DNA of 63,939 nt, filler included, from Octopus bimaculoides (GCF_001194135.2; 9 parts of 9 records of this genome joined end to end with filler, not necessarily neighbours in it), one strand, 5' to 3'; numbered from the whole stretch's first letter, positions 49,815 to 62,847 are shown. Numbers and translations: made by a program. The notes: generated by a model not told the origin, from the letters alone.

Positions 49815-50395
49815 ATTAGGTCATCCCATAAATAATGCATTTTTTTTTTTCAATTGCATGAACTAAAAGTCAGAGGGGGACAGGATAAACTACCTGCATC
49901 GACTCGCTACAAAAGCAGGTAGTAATTTTACTGTGATGCTTATTCTTAGTGCAAGTTTTGAAGAGTGCAGTTCGATTTTAAGTTATTTTTTTTCAAAGCT
50001 ATATATATAATAGAAGTAACAAAGGAGCATATTCAGCATATTTTGCTTTAAGAGTTCAATAAAGGCAACAACACAATGGAAAAGTGCGAGGAATATTAGT
50101 ATGGAGATCGGAAAAGCGTAAGACAGTGTCGATGGTGGTTCCAGAAAATTCTGAGCCGGAAACTACAACCTAGAAGACAAGCCTCATCCTGGAAGATTTG
50201 TAGAGCTCAACGAGGACATCCTGCAAACCCCAAGGGAACAAAATCTTAACTGTTGGAGAACTAGCAGAGAAGCTTGGATTTGACCATTCAACCATTCGTT
50301 GACACCTGCATGCCATCGGAAAAGTCAGCAAATTGGATCAATGGGTTCCTCACAAATTTTCCAAGTCTAATCACGCACAGAGAATGAATGTGCTT
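49815..50395 (+). mobile_element. mariner element, left TIR plus decayed transposase N-terminus
   Basis: TATTAGGTCATCCCATAAATAATGC TIR; EVTKEHIQHILL*EFNKGNN..CRWWFQK..GNYNLEDKPHPGR..ELNEDIL..TVGELAEKLGFDHSTIR*HLHAIGKVSKLDQWVPH (WVPH motif); truncated by a SINE at about 50400. Confidence 0.9.
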
Positions 50396-50835
50396 CCAAA
50401 TCACATAACTCTAGGTTCAGTCCTACCTCAAGGCATCTTGGGCAAGTGTAATCTACTATAGCCCTGGGCAAACCAAACCGGTGGATGGAAACTGAAAGAA
50501 GCCCATCATGTAATTGTGACTGTTTGTTCCCTGGTCATTGCTCCTTTATTGTCAATGACTTTCCATACATGACCTTTCAGATGACTATTCAGTTTAGTTG
50601 CAGTCTACATGGTTTGAAGCACAGGTGACAATTGAAAGTTGTAACTTACTATGCACTTCCCACTGGTTAGGTCGGCACATGTCGCCACTCTTCCATCACC
50701 GTAGAACACCAGTAGAGGGAATGACAAATGGTCACCATAAAGAGACAATTGTATGTCATTGAATTATAGTAATAAATGCATGCACAACACAAGTACCACT
50801 CTCTGAGTCTCTATAATTAGTACTAGATGACCTGT

Positions 50836-51226
50836 TGTTGTTGTTGTTGGCACTCCGCCGCTTACGGCGTCGAGGGTTCCAGTTGATCCGACCAACGGAA
50901 TAGCCTGCTCGTGAAATTAACGTGCAAGTGGCTGAGCACTCCACGGACACGTGTACCCTTAACGTAGTTCTCGGGGATATTCAGCGTGACACAGTGTGAC
51001 AAGGCTGACCATTTGAATTACAGGCACAACAGAAACAGGAAGAAAGAGTGAGAGAAAGTTGGGGTGAAAGAGTACAGCAGGGTTCGCCACCATCCCCTGC
51101 CGGAGCCTCGTAGAGCTTTAGGTGTTTTCGCTCAATAAACACTCACAACACCCGGTCTGGGAATCGAAACCGTGATCCTATGACCACGAGTCTGCTGCCC
51201 TAACCACTGGGCCAGTGTGCCTCCAC
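50836..51226 (-). mobile_element. full-length tRNA-derived SINE family D with 11-bp TSD
   Basis: TSD AGATGACCTGT at 50825-50835 and 51227-51237; A-box TGGCCCAGTGG, B-box GTTTCGATTCC, (CAA)n tail. Confidence 0.92.
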
Positions 51227-51639
51227 AGATGACCTGTAATCACACACACACACAAAAAAAAAAAAAACTGCAGGTTTTACATCAGTGTCCTTCTCCAAGG
51301 ATGCTGTGATAACAGCTAGGGGTTCCTCACTCCCAGTGGTTTTTACTACATACCCAGACACTAACCAAGGACATTTCTGCATCCCTATGCTCAGAGGGGT
51401 TATCATGACATATGCTAGTTAACCCACAGCTGGGACCCTGATAGGTGCTACTACTCTGGGTCAGCGTAAACCAGAGAACAACAGCGGTTAAGTGGTGGTT
51501 CCACCCTCCTCAAAACTCTGGGACTCCTGAACCAGAGTCCCGCAACCAGCTGTGTGATTAAGAAATTTTATTAGAATTAGATGATTAGGTTTTCAGTGTC
51601 ACAGGATGAATGCAGATGGCTAGCATTCTGTACAATACA

Positions 51640-52150
51640 ATAGCCATGAATCAACCAATACCTTGTGAGTGAAATTGCCAGACAGAATCTGAACAAGCCT
51701 CCTACTGTGTATATGCATGTGCATGTATGTGTGTATGCGTGCTTGTGTGAGCGAGTTCGTATTTCTCATCTTTATGAGCGTTTCCTGACCCATCAAGTCA
51801 ACTGAGATTGTAGTTGTGACCGATGCCAGTGTCGCGTAACTGGCATGTAAAAAGCACCCTTCAAAACGTTGGGCAATGTATGTGCTGTGCTTGAGAAGAC
51901 TTGTTTGAATGTTGGGCCTCATGGAAGCAGTGACAAGTGACCGAGACCTTTGGCAGTATACCATGCTTGAGAAGATCTGCCAAGCCAAATGAGATAATAG
52001 TCATTGCCGATGCCAGTGTCACGTAAAAAGCACCCACTACACTCTTGGAGTGGTTGGCATCAGGAAAGGCATAACTTGGAGCAGCTCCCCGGCTTACTAG
52101 TTCCAGTCAAACTATCCAACCCATGCCAGCATGGAAAATGGACATTAAAT
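51640..52150 (+). mobile_element. CORE-type SINE body fused to an RTE LINE 3' end with internal duplication
   Basis: LGLMEAVTSDRDLWQYTMLEKICQAK* RTE-type C-terminus; GCCGATGCCAGTGTC.CGTAA repeated; CCATGCCAGCATGGAAAATGGAC tail. Confidence 0.7.
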
Positions 52151-52735
52151 AATGATATACACACATTTGCATATGAATATACATACACACATTTGCATAT
52201 GAATATACATACACACATACGTGTGCATGTGTCAATACATGTCATCATTTTTTATCATCCTCTTTTTCTATGTCTGCATGTCACACAGCACTGGTATCAG
52301 CCACAATTATGATTCCACTTGGCTTGACTGGTCCTCTCAAGCACATCAGATCGCCCAACATTCGAACAAATTTTGTCGAGACAGAATTTCTACACCCAGA
52401 TGCCTTTCTGCCACGAACCTTCATTCATCCATTCCCAAGTAATGCAATGTTTCTCCAAGGCAGGACATGGTTTCATGAAAGACTGGGAATGGAGGTTACT
52501 GCTAGTATGACAGTGATGCTCGTTTACAACTATCACTCCATGTCAAGATAAAGAGACAAAAAACAAACACATATACATATTCCAACGGGCTTCTTTCTAT
52601 CTACCAACTCCACTTACAAAAGCATTGGTCGGGTTCAAAACTATTCACTTGCCCAAGAGGCCTGAAATCAAGTGGTTTGAAAAGGAACTTCATAACCACA
52701 CAGCCATGCCTGTACATGTGTGTGTGTGTACACAA

Positions 52736-53006
52736 GACCCCCTTCGGTCATGAATGACCATGGAGTTGCACCTAGAAAGTTACCCTCCAAGACACAAGTC
52801 CAGGCAAGGTTGTTTATGAAAAACTCGCAGTCGCCCATGCATACCTGCCTCACCTCTCACACCACAACTCATTTCTACAGCTGAATGAACTGGAGCAATG
52901 TGAAAGAATGTCTTGCTCAAGAACACAACACAGCCCAGTCCAGGAATCGAACTCACTACGTCGTGATTGTAAGCCTGACGCTCTAACCACTGAGCCATGC
53001 GCCTTC
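52736..53006 (-). mobile_element. SINE family C with internal deletion
   Basis: Homologous to 48276-48602. Confidence 0.9.
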
Positions 53007-53150
53007 ACATATAAACACATATGTACACAAACATATGCATACACACATAAACAGCTTATAAACACACACACACACACATATATACAAGTAAGTATATACA
53101 CACAGGGGGGGGGGGCGATTACATATTGTCCATCTGGACCACTGCATAAC

Positions 53151-53242
53151 TACAGAGGTCCCGATGCATCTATGTAACAATGTTTTTACAGTGCACACTC
53201 GTTAGGGGGTTAGGGTTATGTTGATGCATCGGGACCTCTGTA
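53151..53242. mobile_element. 92-bp TA-flanked MITE with perfect 20-bp inverted ends
   Basis: TACAGAGGTCCCGATGCATC (53151-53170) / GATGCATCGGGACCTCTGTA (53223-53242); TA+CAG ends suggest Tc1/mariner/pogo. Confidence 0.8.
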
Positions 53243-53412
53243 TTCAAGTAGTACCAAAAAAAAAAAAAATTGGCACGTGCGCACACATCACATATATATA
53301 TATATATATATANNNNNNNNNNNNNNNNNNNNNNNNNNNNNNNNNNNNNNNNNNNNTTAATTAATTAANNNNNNNNNNNNNNNNNNNNNNNNNNNNNNNN
53401 NNNNNNNNNNNN

Positions 53413-53760
53413 TATGATGCTATATCCCCTTCTATTTCGTTAAATGCTTCAAGTAACTTGTCTCTAAGTCTCTGTCCGTTTGCAGGGTCTTTAAGCTTCC
53501 ACACCCTTCTTCTCCAAGCCTGTCTAATTCTGGGCACCCATTTTGCCTTGATCCCAAAGTCGCTAACTACTAATCTATGTTGTGGGGTACATTCTTCGCC
53601 AGGGTAGGTTTTGGCATTTATAAGCCGCCCTCTTTCCCTATTTCTGGCGAGGATGTAGTCGATTTGGCTAGAGTGTCTGCCGGAGCGGTAGGTGACTAGG
53701 TGACTGGCAGGTTTCCTGAAGTTGGTATTGCAGACCATAAGATTGGTTGCATCACAGAAC
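53413..53760 (-). mobile_element. RTE-clade LINE APE endonuclease C-terminal fragment
   Basis: RLLEFCDATNLMVCNTNFRKPASHLVTYRSGRHSSQIDYIL..KTYPGEECTPQHRLVVSDF..RRRVWKLKDP; open frame, 3' end lost in gap. Confidence 0.92.
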
Positions 53761-53819
53761 TCCAGCAGTCTATCTATATATATTATATATGTAAACATAT
53801 AGACACATACATATATGTA

Positions 53820-55175
53820 TTTGTGTGTTTTTGTTTGTTCCCCATCACTGCTTTTTGTTCCAGTAACTTAACAGTTCAGCAAAAGAGACTGATAGAATAA
53901 GTATCAGGTTTTTTAAAAATTAAGTACTGGGGCCGATTCATTCAACTAAAATTCTTCAAGGCAGTGCTCCAGCATGGCCGCAGTCTAATGACTGAAACAA
54001 GTAACAGATGTTCCTGCATTTAAGGTAGATAAAACTGGTTACATGCGGGGGCACACCTACACACACCCACAAACAGTAATACGTGCATGCATGTGAAGTA
54101 ACTGTCTTGCAGTCTGTGTGTCTGTCCGGCTGTATGTAACTTTGTTTCTATTGTGAGCCAGTCCAAACAGACACCAACTCACATCCATATATGTACACAG
54201 ACACACACATATACATACATAGACAAATCATGTGCTCACTCACACATACATACACTCTCACCTGTATACAATACAGGTAAATTCTGAAACGTTTGAATAA
54301 ATCCCGCTCAAATTTAAAACTCACAGGCTATCCGTTTATCATTAAATCTGAATTAGTTATGTATTGATGTGTGTGGATGGGGTGGGGGTTAGTTTATGGA
54401 GGTATTTTTCATTTTCGTCTTAACGAATCATGACAGTCTAGATTTTAAACACGAATAAAAAAACAGGGTAACTGAAATTGATTGCACACACACACATAGG
54501 GGGATGCTCTCCACTACTGTCTTTGTTTCTTTATAAGTTTAAGGAAAATGGGAATTTGTTAATGAAATTTTCTACAAATACCTTTCAAATTGTGTAGATT
54601 ACAATTCTATCACAAAAGAAAAATTGATAGGGGTGTACACGTGCATATTGACACACATTCCATGTTTTGTTCAAAATTTCAAATTTCATTTTGTAGACGT
54701 ATATGTGATGTGCGTCAATATTTATGTCCACCAATTTTCTTTCTCTTTTTTTTTATTTTGTTACTTTCAATATTGATGTATTCATACCTTGTGCCATCTG
54801 AAAAGTATTTGTTGAAAAAATTCATTAGAAAATAATACATTTTCTGAAAATTCGTTCCTGGAGCTATAAACATCAGTAGCATTGTCCCCTATGGGTCCGC
54901 CACATGTACGTGACAAATATACTTCATAATTCCATGCTGCTACTGTTTAAGTCTCACTCAGAGATTTATTATTGCTTATCATCATCATCATCATCATTGT
55001 TTAACGTCCATTTTCCATGCTGGCATGGGTTGGACGGTTCGACTGGGGTCTGAGAAGCCAGGAGGCTGCACCAGGTTCGAGTCTGATTTGGCAGTCTTTC
55101 TACAGCTGGATGCCCTTCCTAACGCCAACCACTCCGAGAGTGTAGTGGGTGCTTTTTTTTAGGTTAATATATTAT

Positions 55176-55235
<60 letters not shown>

Positions 55236-55445
55236 TGTTTGTGTATCTGTCTTTTCCCCTCTCCCCATTGCTTGGCAACCGATGTTGATGTGCTTACATC
55301 CTGTAACTTAACAGTCTGACAAAAGAGACCGATAGAATTAGTACTAGGCTTACAAAAATAAGTCCTGGAGTCGATTTGTTTGACTAAAAGTAGTGCTCCA
55401 GCATGGCCACAGTCAAACAACTGAAACAAGTAAAATAATAAAAGA
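53820..55445 (+). mobile_element. SINE family B 3' halves (53820-54005 and 55250-55445)
   Basis: GCAAAAGAGAC.GATAGAAT.AGTA...GTGCTCCAGCATGGCC.CAGTC..A.ACTGAAACAAGTAA. Confidence 0.85.
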
Positions 55446-55586
55446 ATATATATATACATATATGTATATGTGCATGTGGGCGTTTGTTTGCATGGTTGAG
55501 TGGGTATGTTTTTTGTTTTTTTTAGTTGTAAATGAACTCCGCCATGAAATATTGTGCATATACATATGAATGTATGTATGCTTGTA

Positions 55587-55790
55587 TGAAGGGGTGCTGA
55601 AAAGTCCCTGGCTTTGAGTAAAAGAAAATACAGTTAATTATGCTTTTATTCAACATAGTCCCCTCTCAGATATTCACACACTTATTGCAGGGGTCCTTCA
55701 GTTTTTCTAAGCCTTGTAAAAGAACTCGGAAGTTTGGGCCCCCAACCAGGACTTTCGCAACATCCTTAAAGTCAGGATCTTTCTGTACCC
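55587..55790 (-). mobile_element. mariner right end (TIR plus transposase C-terminus)
   Basis: TA-TGAAGGGGTGCTGAAAAGT TIR; minus strand ...GLEKLK..CNKCV..RGDYVE*. Confidence 0.8.
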
Positions 55791-56580
55791 GTTCATATAT
55801 ATGTATGTATGTATGTATGTACGTACGTACATATGTATGTATGTACTCGTTTTGCCTTTCCTATCATATACTCAAGGTCTAAAGAATAAAATACAAAATA
55901 TATATGTGGAAAAGCTAATGATTAGTGTCTGGTCGTATTGATAAATCGCTTTATTATGTCAACATCGCAGTGTGTGGAGACAATTACTGTGTCTTGCTTT
56001 TGTCTGTTTGAATTTTAAATTGCTTTGTCGACTTGTTTCTTGACATAAAACATACACCTATGTCTCTGCATATGTCGAGTGGTGGGGGAGAAGGAGGCTC
56101 CTGCTTGTAATATTGAAGACAGATGCCACAAATGCCTGTTGCTGTTTTTCGACATCACACCAGAATAGCACCATGTTTATTTTAGCAGTTGAGACGGCAC
56201 AATGTTGCAACCTTTTGTTAATGATAATGAACAGACTCCTTGTGGGCATATGTGTTGGGCATATGTGTTGGCCATATATATATATATAAAGATAGATAAA
56301 TAGATAGATAGCTAGATAGCTAGATAGCTAGATAGATAGATGAAGAAAAGAAAATGGAGATGAGGGCTAATACTACTCTGAGGAGACTCTTATCTTCCAG
56401 TCATAATCGAGTTGACATTTTTGCACTTTTTAAAAGACATTTTATTTTTGTTTGAGATTTTGTCTTTTCTTTTCTGCAAAACTGTCAAATATAGCCTGAA
56501 CCCTTTATGTATATGTACAGGCACAGCTGTGTTTTCTGCCCAACCATGCCAGCATGGAAAACAGATGTTAAATTATGATG

Positions 56581-56615
<35 letters not shown>

Positions 56616-58304
56616 TGTATGTATGTATAAAATCCCAGCTCCACTTAGTCATGGGGACTTCTCCCTTTTCTATTCTTTTCTGTCTTTTGACTTACTTGGC
56701 AACCCCACTGGTGCCGGTGCCATGACAAAAAAAACAGCACCCAAACACAGTAAGGTGGTTGGGCGTTGGGACATAAAAGACATACCAAAGCCAAGACTGG
56801 CACAAAATAAAAACGATGTTAAATGATAATGATATTAATTCATAGGTAGTTAGACAGGTAGCTGTATATATATATATATATATATATGTGTGNNNNNNNN
56901 NNNNNNNNNNNNNNNNNNNNNNNNNNNNNNNNNNNNNNNNNNNNNNNNNGGTAGTTTTGTGTCAGTTGTGTTTATAGGAAAAACTTCTAATGTTACAATG
57001 AAAACATCTCCAATAAATGTCACCAAGATTAGTCATTACCTGAACCACTGAACTAGGTTTTGAATTCTCCACCATAAAACAAGGCTGCTTTGTCACTCCT
57101 CCAGAGGTGAACTGTTTCCTCCTCAATAACCTGACTCAACCTCAGAAGTCTCCCCCCCATTCTCTCTCCTTCTCTCATGAAACTGAGTCAGTCTAAAAAG
57201 TTTTCCATTGTCCTTTCAACTTATTATTTATAACGAAGTGGGGGTGGGGGTGGGGTGGAATGTTATTTCGTTGTTGTTGTTGTTGTCGTTTTTTTTTCTT
57301 TCTTATTGTTGACATTTCTTTACATTCTTTTGGCTTCATCCATTATCAGCTTTGGTTTGTCCCATGATTGCAAAGCCTTAGATGAAAAGTGGACTTCGGG
57401 GATAGGTTACTGATCTCTGCAATGTTTTCAAATACCAAATAAAACCTTTTTGTTGTTGTTGTTGTTGTTATCGTACAGACCACTCCTGTAGTAATGCAGT
57501 AGCTAAACAATAAACGACATTTCCTCCCCCAACCAGTCTTTGGGTAGGGTTCTTCACATTCCTAGGAAATGTGTATGTCAGGTGCAGTTTGAAAAACTGG
57601 TTTTCATTTCAAAGTCTCAAACCAAATCACTTTGTTTCTTGTAACAAAAACCACCATAAAGAGAGGCTTGAGCATCACAAAATGTCATTTATTAACCTTA
57701 AGCAGAATCGGTTGAGCACTGGAGAAAAATACCTGGTGGTATTTAGTTACGTCCTTTATGTCCTGAATTCAAAAACACACCTAGATTAACTTTGTAGCAT
57801 TTGTTCTGTCGTTCTACACTCCAGCTTCAAATCCCAACAATATGAGTGCCAAACTGTATTAACTGCAAAGATGGCCAACACTAATGGCATGCAGAGAGGA
57901 GTGTTGCATGCATGGGCAACAACTAGTCTTGCACAAGAAGACTTGTCCGGTTGTGCACGCAAAGAGGCAGACCTATGATCAGTTCTGTAATGTATATTAC
58001 AAACTGTCAACATGATTCAGTATGGTGATATATTGATTAATTTTTTATAAATTTGCTAAGCACTAAAAATATGTATCTATCAGTTTCCATGCACAGAGAG
58101 GTCTTCAAATACCACAAATATATCAATGTTGATCATCATCGTTATATATAGGTGCCTATCATTGTTAGTAATTGTCAAAGTGTGAAAGTAAGAGAGGAAT
58201 CTTTTAAGAGGCAAAAATCTAAAAATAAAAAAAAACAACAAAAAAAAACAGTTGTGTTAGGATTTGCTAATAACAATGAAATACTTATATGTCTGTTTTT
58301 ATCA

Positions 58305-58499
58305 TTTATCTTTTACTTGTTTCACTCATTAGACTCTGGCCATGCTAGAGCACCACCTTGAGGAATTTCAGTCACACTAATTGACCCCAGTAATTATTTT
58401 CTTTCTAAACCTGGTATTTATTCTATCAGTCTTTTTTGCCAAACTGCTAAGTTACTGGGATGTAAACACACCAACACCAGTTGTCAAGCAATGGGGGAG

Positions 58500-58583
<84 letters not shown>

Positions 58584-58635
58584 CACACACACACATACGA
58601 TGGGCTTCTTTTAGTTTTGATCTACCAAACCTACT
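58305..58635 (-). mobile_element. SINE family B with expanded (CA)n
   Basis: GGCCATGCTAGAGCACCACC..CTATCAGTCTTTTTTGCCAAAC..TGGGCTTCTTT..TCTACCAAA. Confidence 0.85.
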
Positions 58636-59209
58636 GACAAGGTTTTTTTGCTGTAGTAATAGATTAATTTTAACAATAAATTATTAATATTTTCTCTGAT
58701 TATAAAGGTGGGATGGTTTAGTACTTAATTTTATGGATAATCATGTGGAAAATGTGAAAAATAAGGTTTAGAAATGCAGTTAATTAAAATATGATTTCCT
58801 TTTATGGCATTGACAATTATGCTACAATGCTTAAGTGGCTTTTAAATACCCTACGAAATATAATAGTTGTATTTATGTATTTATAAATGACAATAAATTA
58901 TAAATAAAATATAAGCTGGGATGGGTGATACGTTTGATCATGAGGATATTTACTTTTACAGGAATGTTCGTTCTTATTTTTTTTGTCTATCATCTATACA
59001 TGATTGGTCCGTTTATTGTAAGTTAATACAAATACTCTTGAAATTGATCAAGGGGAATCAAAACAAAATCACTGTAAATTAGAAAATTACTATTTTTAAA
59101 TCTCACAACGAGATATATTCAGCAACAGTACTTTGGAGTAAAGATTGTTTGCCAACATAACATGGCAGTCCTGGTTTAGGACGAATGTTGCTGTACTTTA
59201 GCCCCAGAA

Positions 59210-59330
59210 GACTTCATATCCAGCTGGCTATACGACACAATCTGTGTCCTTATATTTTCCAACTAGATTCCCTTGTTCAAAAATATAAGGACACAGTTCG
59301 TGTCGTATAGCTCCAGCTGGAGACAATGTT
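59210..59330. repeat. long inverted repeat (fold-back)
   Basis: CCAGCTGGCTATACGACACAATCTGTGTCCTTATATTTT (59220-59258) pairs with AAAAATATAAGGACACAGTTCGTGTCGTATAGCTCCAGCTGG (59279-59320). Confidence 0.9.
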
Positions 59331-59580
59331 AACTGAAAATTTCAAGAAATAAAATGGTAATACATTGTACCTGCAAAAGTTCTTGTAAAAATATTGCATT
59401 GTACCACAAATATGTACCAGACTTTGTGGATTGTCTATGATATCTATTGAACACGATCTTAGCCCTCAGCTTGATTATGANNNNNNNNNNNNNNNNNNNN
59501 NNNNNNNNNNNNNNNNNNNNNNNNTTAATTAATTAANNNNNNNNNNNNNNNNNNNNNNNNNNNNNNNNNNNNNNNNNNNN

Positions 59581-59624
<44 letters not shown>

Positions 59625-59790
59625 CATACATTTATATATACATATATATATATGTATATATGTATGTATATATATATGTATATATACATGTATATATGTT
59701 TGTGTATATATACATCAATATATTTACACATACGTATATGTGCGTGTGTATGCCTGTGTGTATGCATGTGTGTATGCGTATGTATTCGTT

Positions 59791-59836
<46 letters not shown>

Positions 59837-60539
59837 TGTAAAACCAAATATAGCATGTGATAAAAGAGCGGAATTGCGCTCGATAAAAGTAAAGATTGCA
59901 TGTGATAAACATCAGTGAAGGAATGTTGTAAACGCGTAAAAATAAAAGTAAGCATAAAATACATGCAGAAGAAGCGACTGAGGAAGGGTCTTATGTAAGA
60001 TTTTACTGAATGCAATAAATATGAAGATACAGTGCTAACCTAAGGACAGCTGGACAGGAAAATGTGTGTTTCTCTTGGGTTTGCTTTGCTGCTATTTTTA
60101 CATCAGCTACGTCTCACTAGAAAATAATCTGTCCTCACGTTATTTTCAGCCAGATAGTCTTATATTAAGCTACCGTAACAGTTGGTTATAAAAACAATTC
60201 AATAACCGTGTTAGAGTCATACACTGACTCATGCTAATGCTTTTAAAACACTTGTATACAAACACACACAAACGCATATAAGCATGCACGCACACTTACG
60301 ACATATTATTATTCAGATTTGTGATTTTGCCGTAATGGTATTATATATAGTAATGAGTCGGAAGTGTTGTTGTAGATATATGATGATTTGTTGAGTAGCT
60401 GACTGCAAAGTAGACGCAAGAAGGAATTTGTTTAATCTAAATTCTATACGTATTGACGGATTTATGCTGCTGTTTGACTGTATGCAAGCTTTCAATGCGT
60501 TTATAGTTATACACAACGAAGTTATGTTGTAGAGGATAA

Positions 60540-61850
60540 AGATCACATTTGTCGTTGAATATTTCCGTCCCGAAAAGGAGATGAATTCGAATGCCTCTTC
60601 GAAGTTTCTATGATAAAAAATTAATTTTCTTCTACTTTTGTTACTAAGTATGAATGGAGTTTATATTACACTCAGTATGCTCTATAAAATAGCATCGAAG
60701 TATACAAGTTTGTCATTTCCAAGAACTTTCTATGATAGCTCTGGCTTCTATTTTAGTGGATGTGAAATTTTGCTCAGAGAAAGAAATAACTCCGAAGAAA
60801 ACTGTGAAAATTGTGGTTCCGGAAGTTTCAGTTTCAGCATGTAGATGAATTCAGATGATATAGATGAAAGAGAGGTAGAGGGGTAAGGAGAGAATAGAGA
60901 GAGAGAGAGTGGGAGAGAGAAACCTTATCTATAGAAACTTTGATCAGATGGATATATTCTAGGCAACCTTTTGTAATAGAAATGTAGGATTTAAAACTGG
61001 TTGAATTAGTTCCAAGAATGAAAACATGCATTTTAGAGTGGTAACGTAAACCTCATAGACATTGCAGTTGTTTAGTATTGCTATGGTGTTTGGTAATAAA
61101 CGAGAGGTTTTAATATTTCTGGATCAAGGTGCAGTGAATTATTTTCCATTTTGTATCCAAGATAGCAAAATGGATGTTTGGTGGGTAAGACATTTGTTAT
61201 TGTTCAATTATAATTTTGAACCTTTTGGTAACTGAAATTAATAGAGCCAAGTTCCTTTCGTGCTTTTCAATAGTTTTGCTGACAACAATAACATCGTTGA
61301 GATAGGCGTGAACTCCTTTGATATCCTTGTCGGTAATTATACCATCCATCACACTTTGAAAAGCTCCTACGGCATTAGACACGCCCAAGGTTAACCTTAT
61401 AAACTGGAATAAGCGATCATCAGCTTGAAGCGCGTTGTGTCGCTTATTGTTATTGTGTAGTGGAATCTGATGCTATGCTGCTTTCAGATTCAATTTACTA
61501 TAGAATTTATTGCAGGAAATAGAAGGCACGAGATCGGCAATATTACGAAATGGATTCACATCTAGCAAGTTGTAGCAATTTATTGTATGTGAGTAGGTGA
61601 TAACAAAGCATTGCTTCTCATTGTTTCTTACCACTATTATCACGTGTGGTCACCATGGAGAGATTGAGGACTCAATACCACCATAATCAGAAAGACATTT
61701 ACTCTCCTTCTTAATAATGATTTCATCATGTGGAGTAAAGAGGCAAAGCTCAGTAACGGTTGGTTTCAAATAATTGTACAGGTGTGAAAAAATTATAAGG
61801 ACGAAGTCACAAGCATAGGAACAAAATACACAATAAGAAATTATTTCAAT
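60540..61850 (-). mobile_element. decayed Gypsy LTR-retrotransposon pol (RT + RNase H)
   Basis: GGIESSISPW..HTINCYNLLDVNPF..FYSKLNLKAA*HQIPL..FQFIRLTLGVSNAVGAFQSVMD..VHAYLNDVIV..HERNL; YLGY..LDPEILKPL; AETETSG..EQNFTSTKIEARAIIE. No LTRs found. Confidence 0.85.
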
Positions 61851-62054
61851 GATTCTTGGAATATAAATATAACGCAATATCTAAAGAGTTAGGAAGGACA
61901 TGATAAAGACATATTTCATACCAAAAATAAACACGAAATTTTAAAATCCAGAACAATGAAGAGGCAATCGAATAACTTCTAGAACAATGATCGCTAGTCA
62001 TAAATATGCCGACTAATATCTTTAACACCTACGTACATCCTCATGTGAAAATTA

Positions 62055-62140
62055 CCTTGGGAGCCTGCTGCCCTCCATCATGCAAACATATCCAGCCCAG
62101 CGCCGCTGTGATTAGGTTATGAGGGCCTCTACGCTAACTG
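62055..62140 (-). mobile_element. RTE LINE C-terminal fragment
   Basis: EALIT*SQRRWAGYVCMMEGSRLP matches the RTE consensus Q.RWAGHV.RM..SRLPK. Confidence 0.7.
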
Positions 62141-62469
62141 TGCCAGCGCAGTTACTGTAACGCCCAACTAAAAGGAGAAAAGAAAGTAATATCGTTAAAT
62201 TTACAACCAATCAGACCTTGGTCCTTAACTGTAAAAACATATATGTATGCATATGTATATATATATATATATACAAACACAAAAGAATTCTAAGTTATAA
62301 GGATTTCGAGCTCCTATCAGCATAACCAGTGACGAAGAACCCTCCTCCATGCACTTCGATAGAAATTGTAAAAAGATCTTTCTGTCTCTCAATGCTTTCC
62401 TCTTACTCTTTATAACAAGTCATTGTATCTAATTGTTAATATAACTCAATATTACTAAACTTTCAAACA

Positions 62470-62526
62470 TGGACGACGGGGTGGCTGGAGACGCAAACAT
62501 CCGAGTTCTTTTACAGGGCTTAGAAA
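62470..62526 (+). mobile_element. mariner C-terminal fragment (cut by gap)
   Basis: WLETQTSEF..; GAGTTCTTTTACAGGGCTTAGAAA matches the reverse complement of the copy at 189-325. Confidence 0.7.
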
Positions 62527-62625
62527 NNNNNNNNNNNNNNNNNNNNNNNNNNNNNNNNNNNNNNNNNNNNTTAATTAATTAANNNNNNNNNNNNNNNNNN
62601 NNNNNNNNNNNNNNNNNNNNNNNNN

Positions 62626-62847
62626 NTGGCCCTTTGAATTACAGGTAGAACAGAAACAGGAAGTAAGAGTGAGAGAAAGTTGTGGTGAAAGAGTTCAGCA
62701 GGGTTCACCACCATCCCCTGCCGGAGCCTCGTGGAGCTTTAGGTGTTTTCGCTCAATAGACACTCACAACGCCCGGTCTGGGAATCGAAACTGCGATCCT
62801 ATGACCGCGAGTCCGCTGCCCTAACCACTGGGCCATTGCGCCTCCAC
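62626..62847 (-). mobile_element. SINE family D, 5' two-thirds
   Basis: Near-identical to 51010-51226. Confidence 0.92.

Noticed and set aside
62055-62165. Strong minus-strand acceptor and donor pair
   Set aside because: Stops in all frames; the content is an RTE C-terminal relic.
62790-62847. tRNA-like sequences here and at 15555, 48540, 51170 and 52945
   Set aside because: They are SINE heads continuous with SINE bodies and lack a complete acceptor stem; not tRNA genes.
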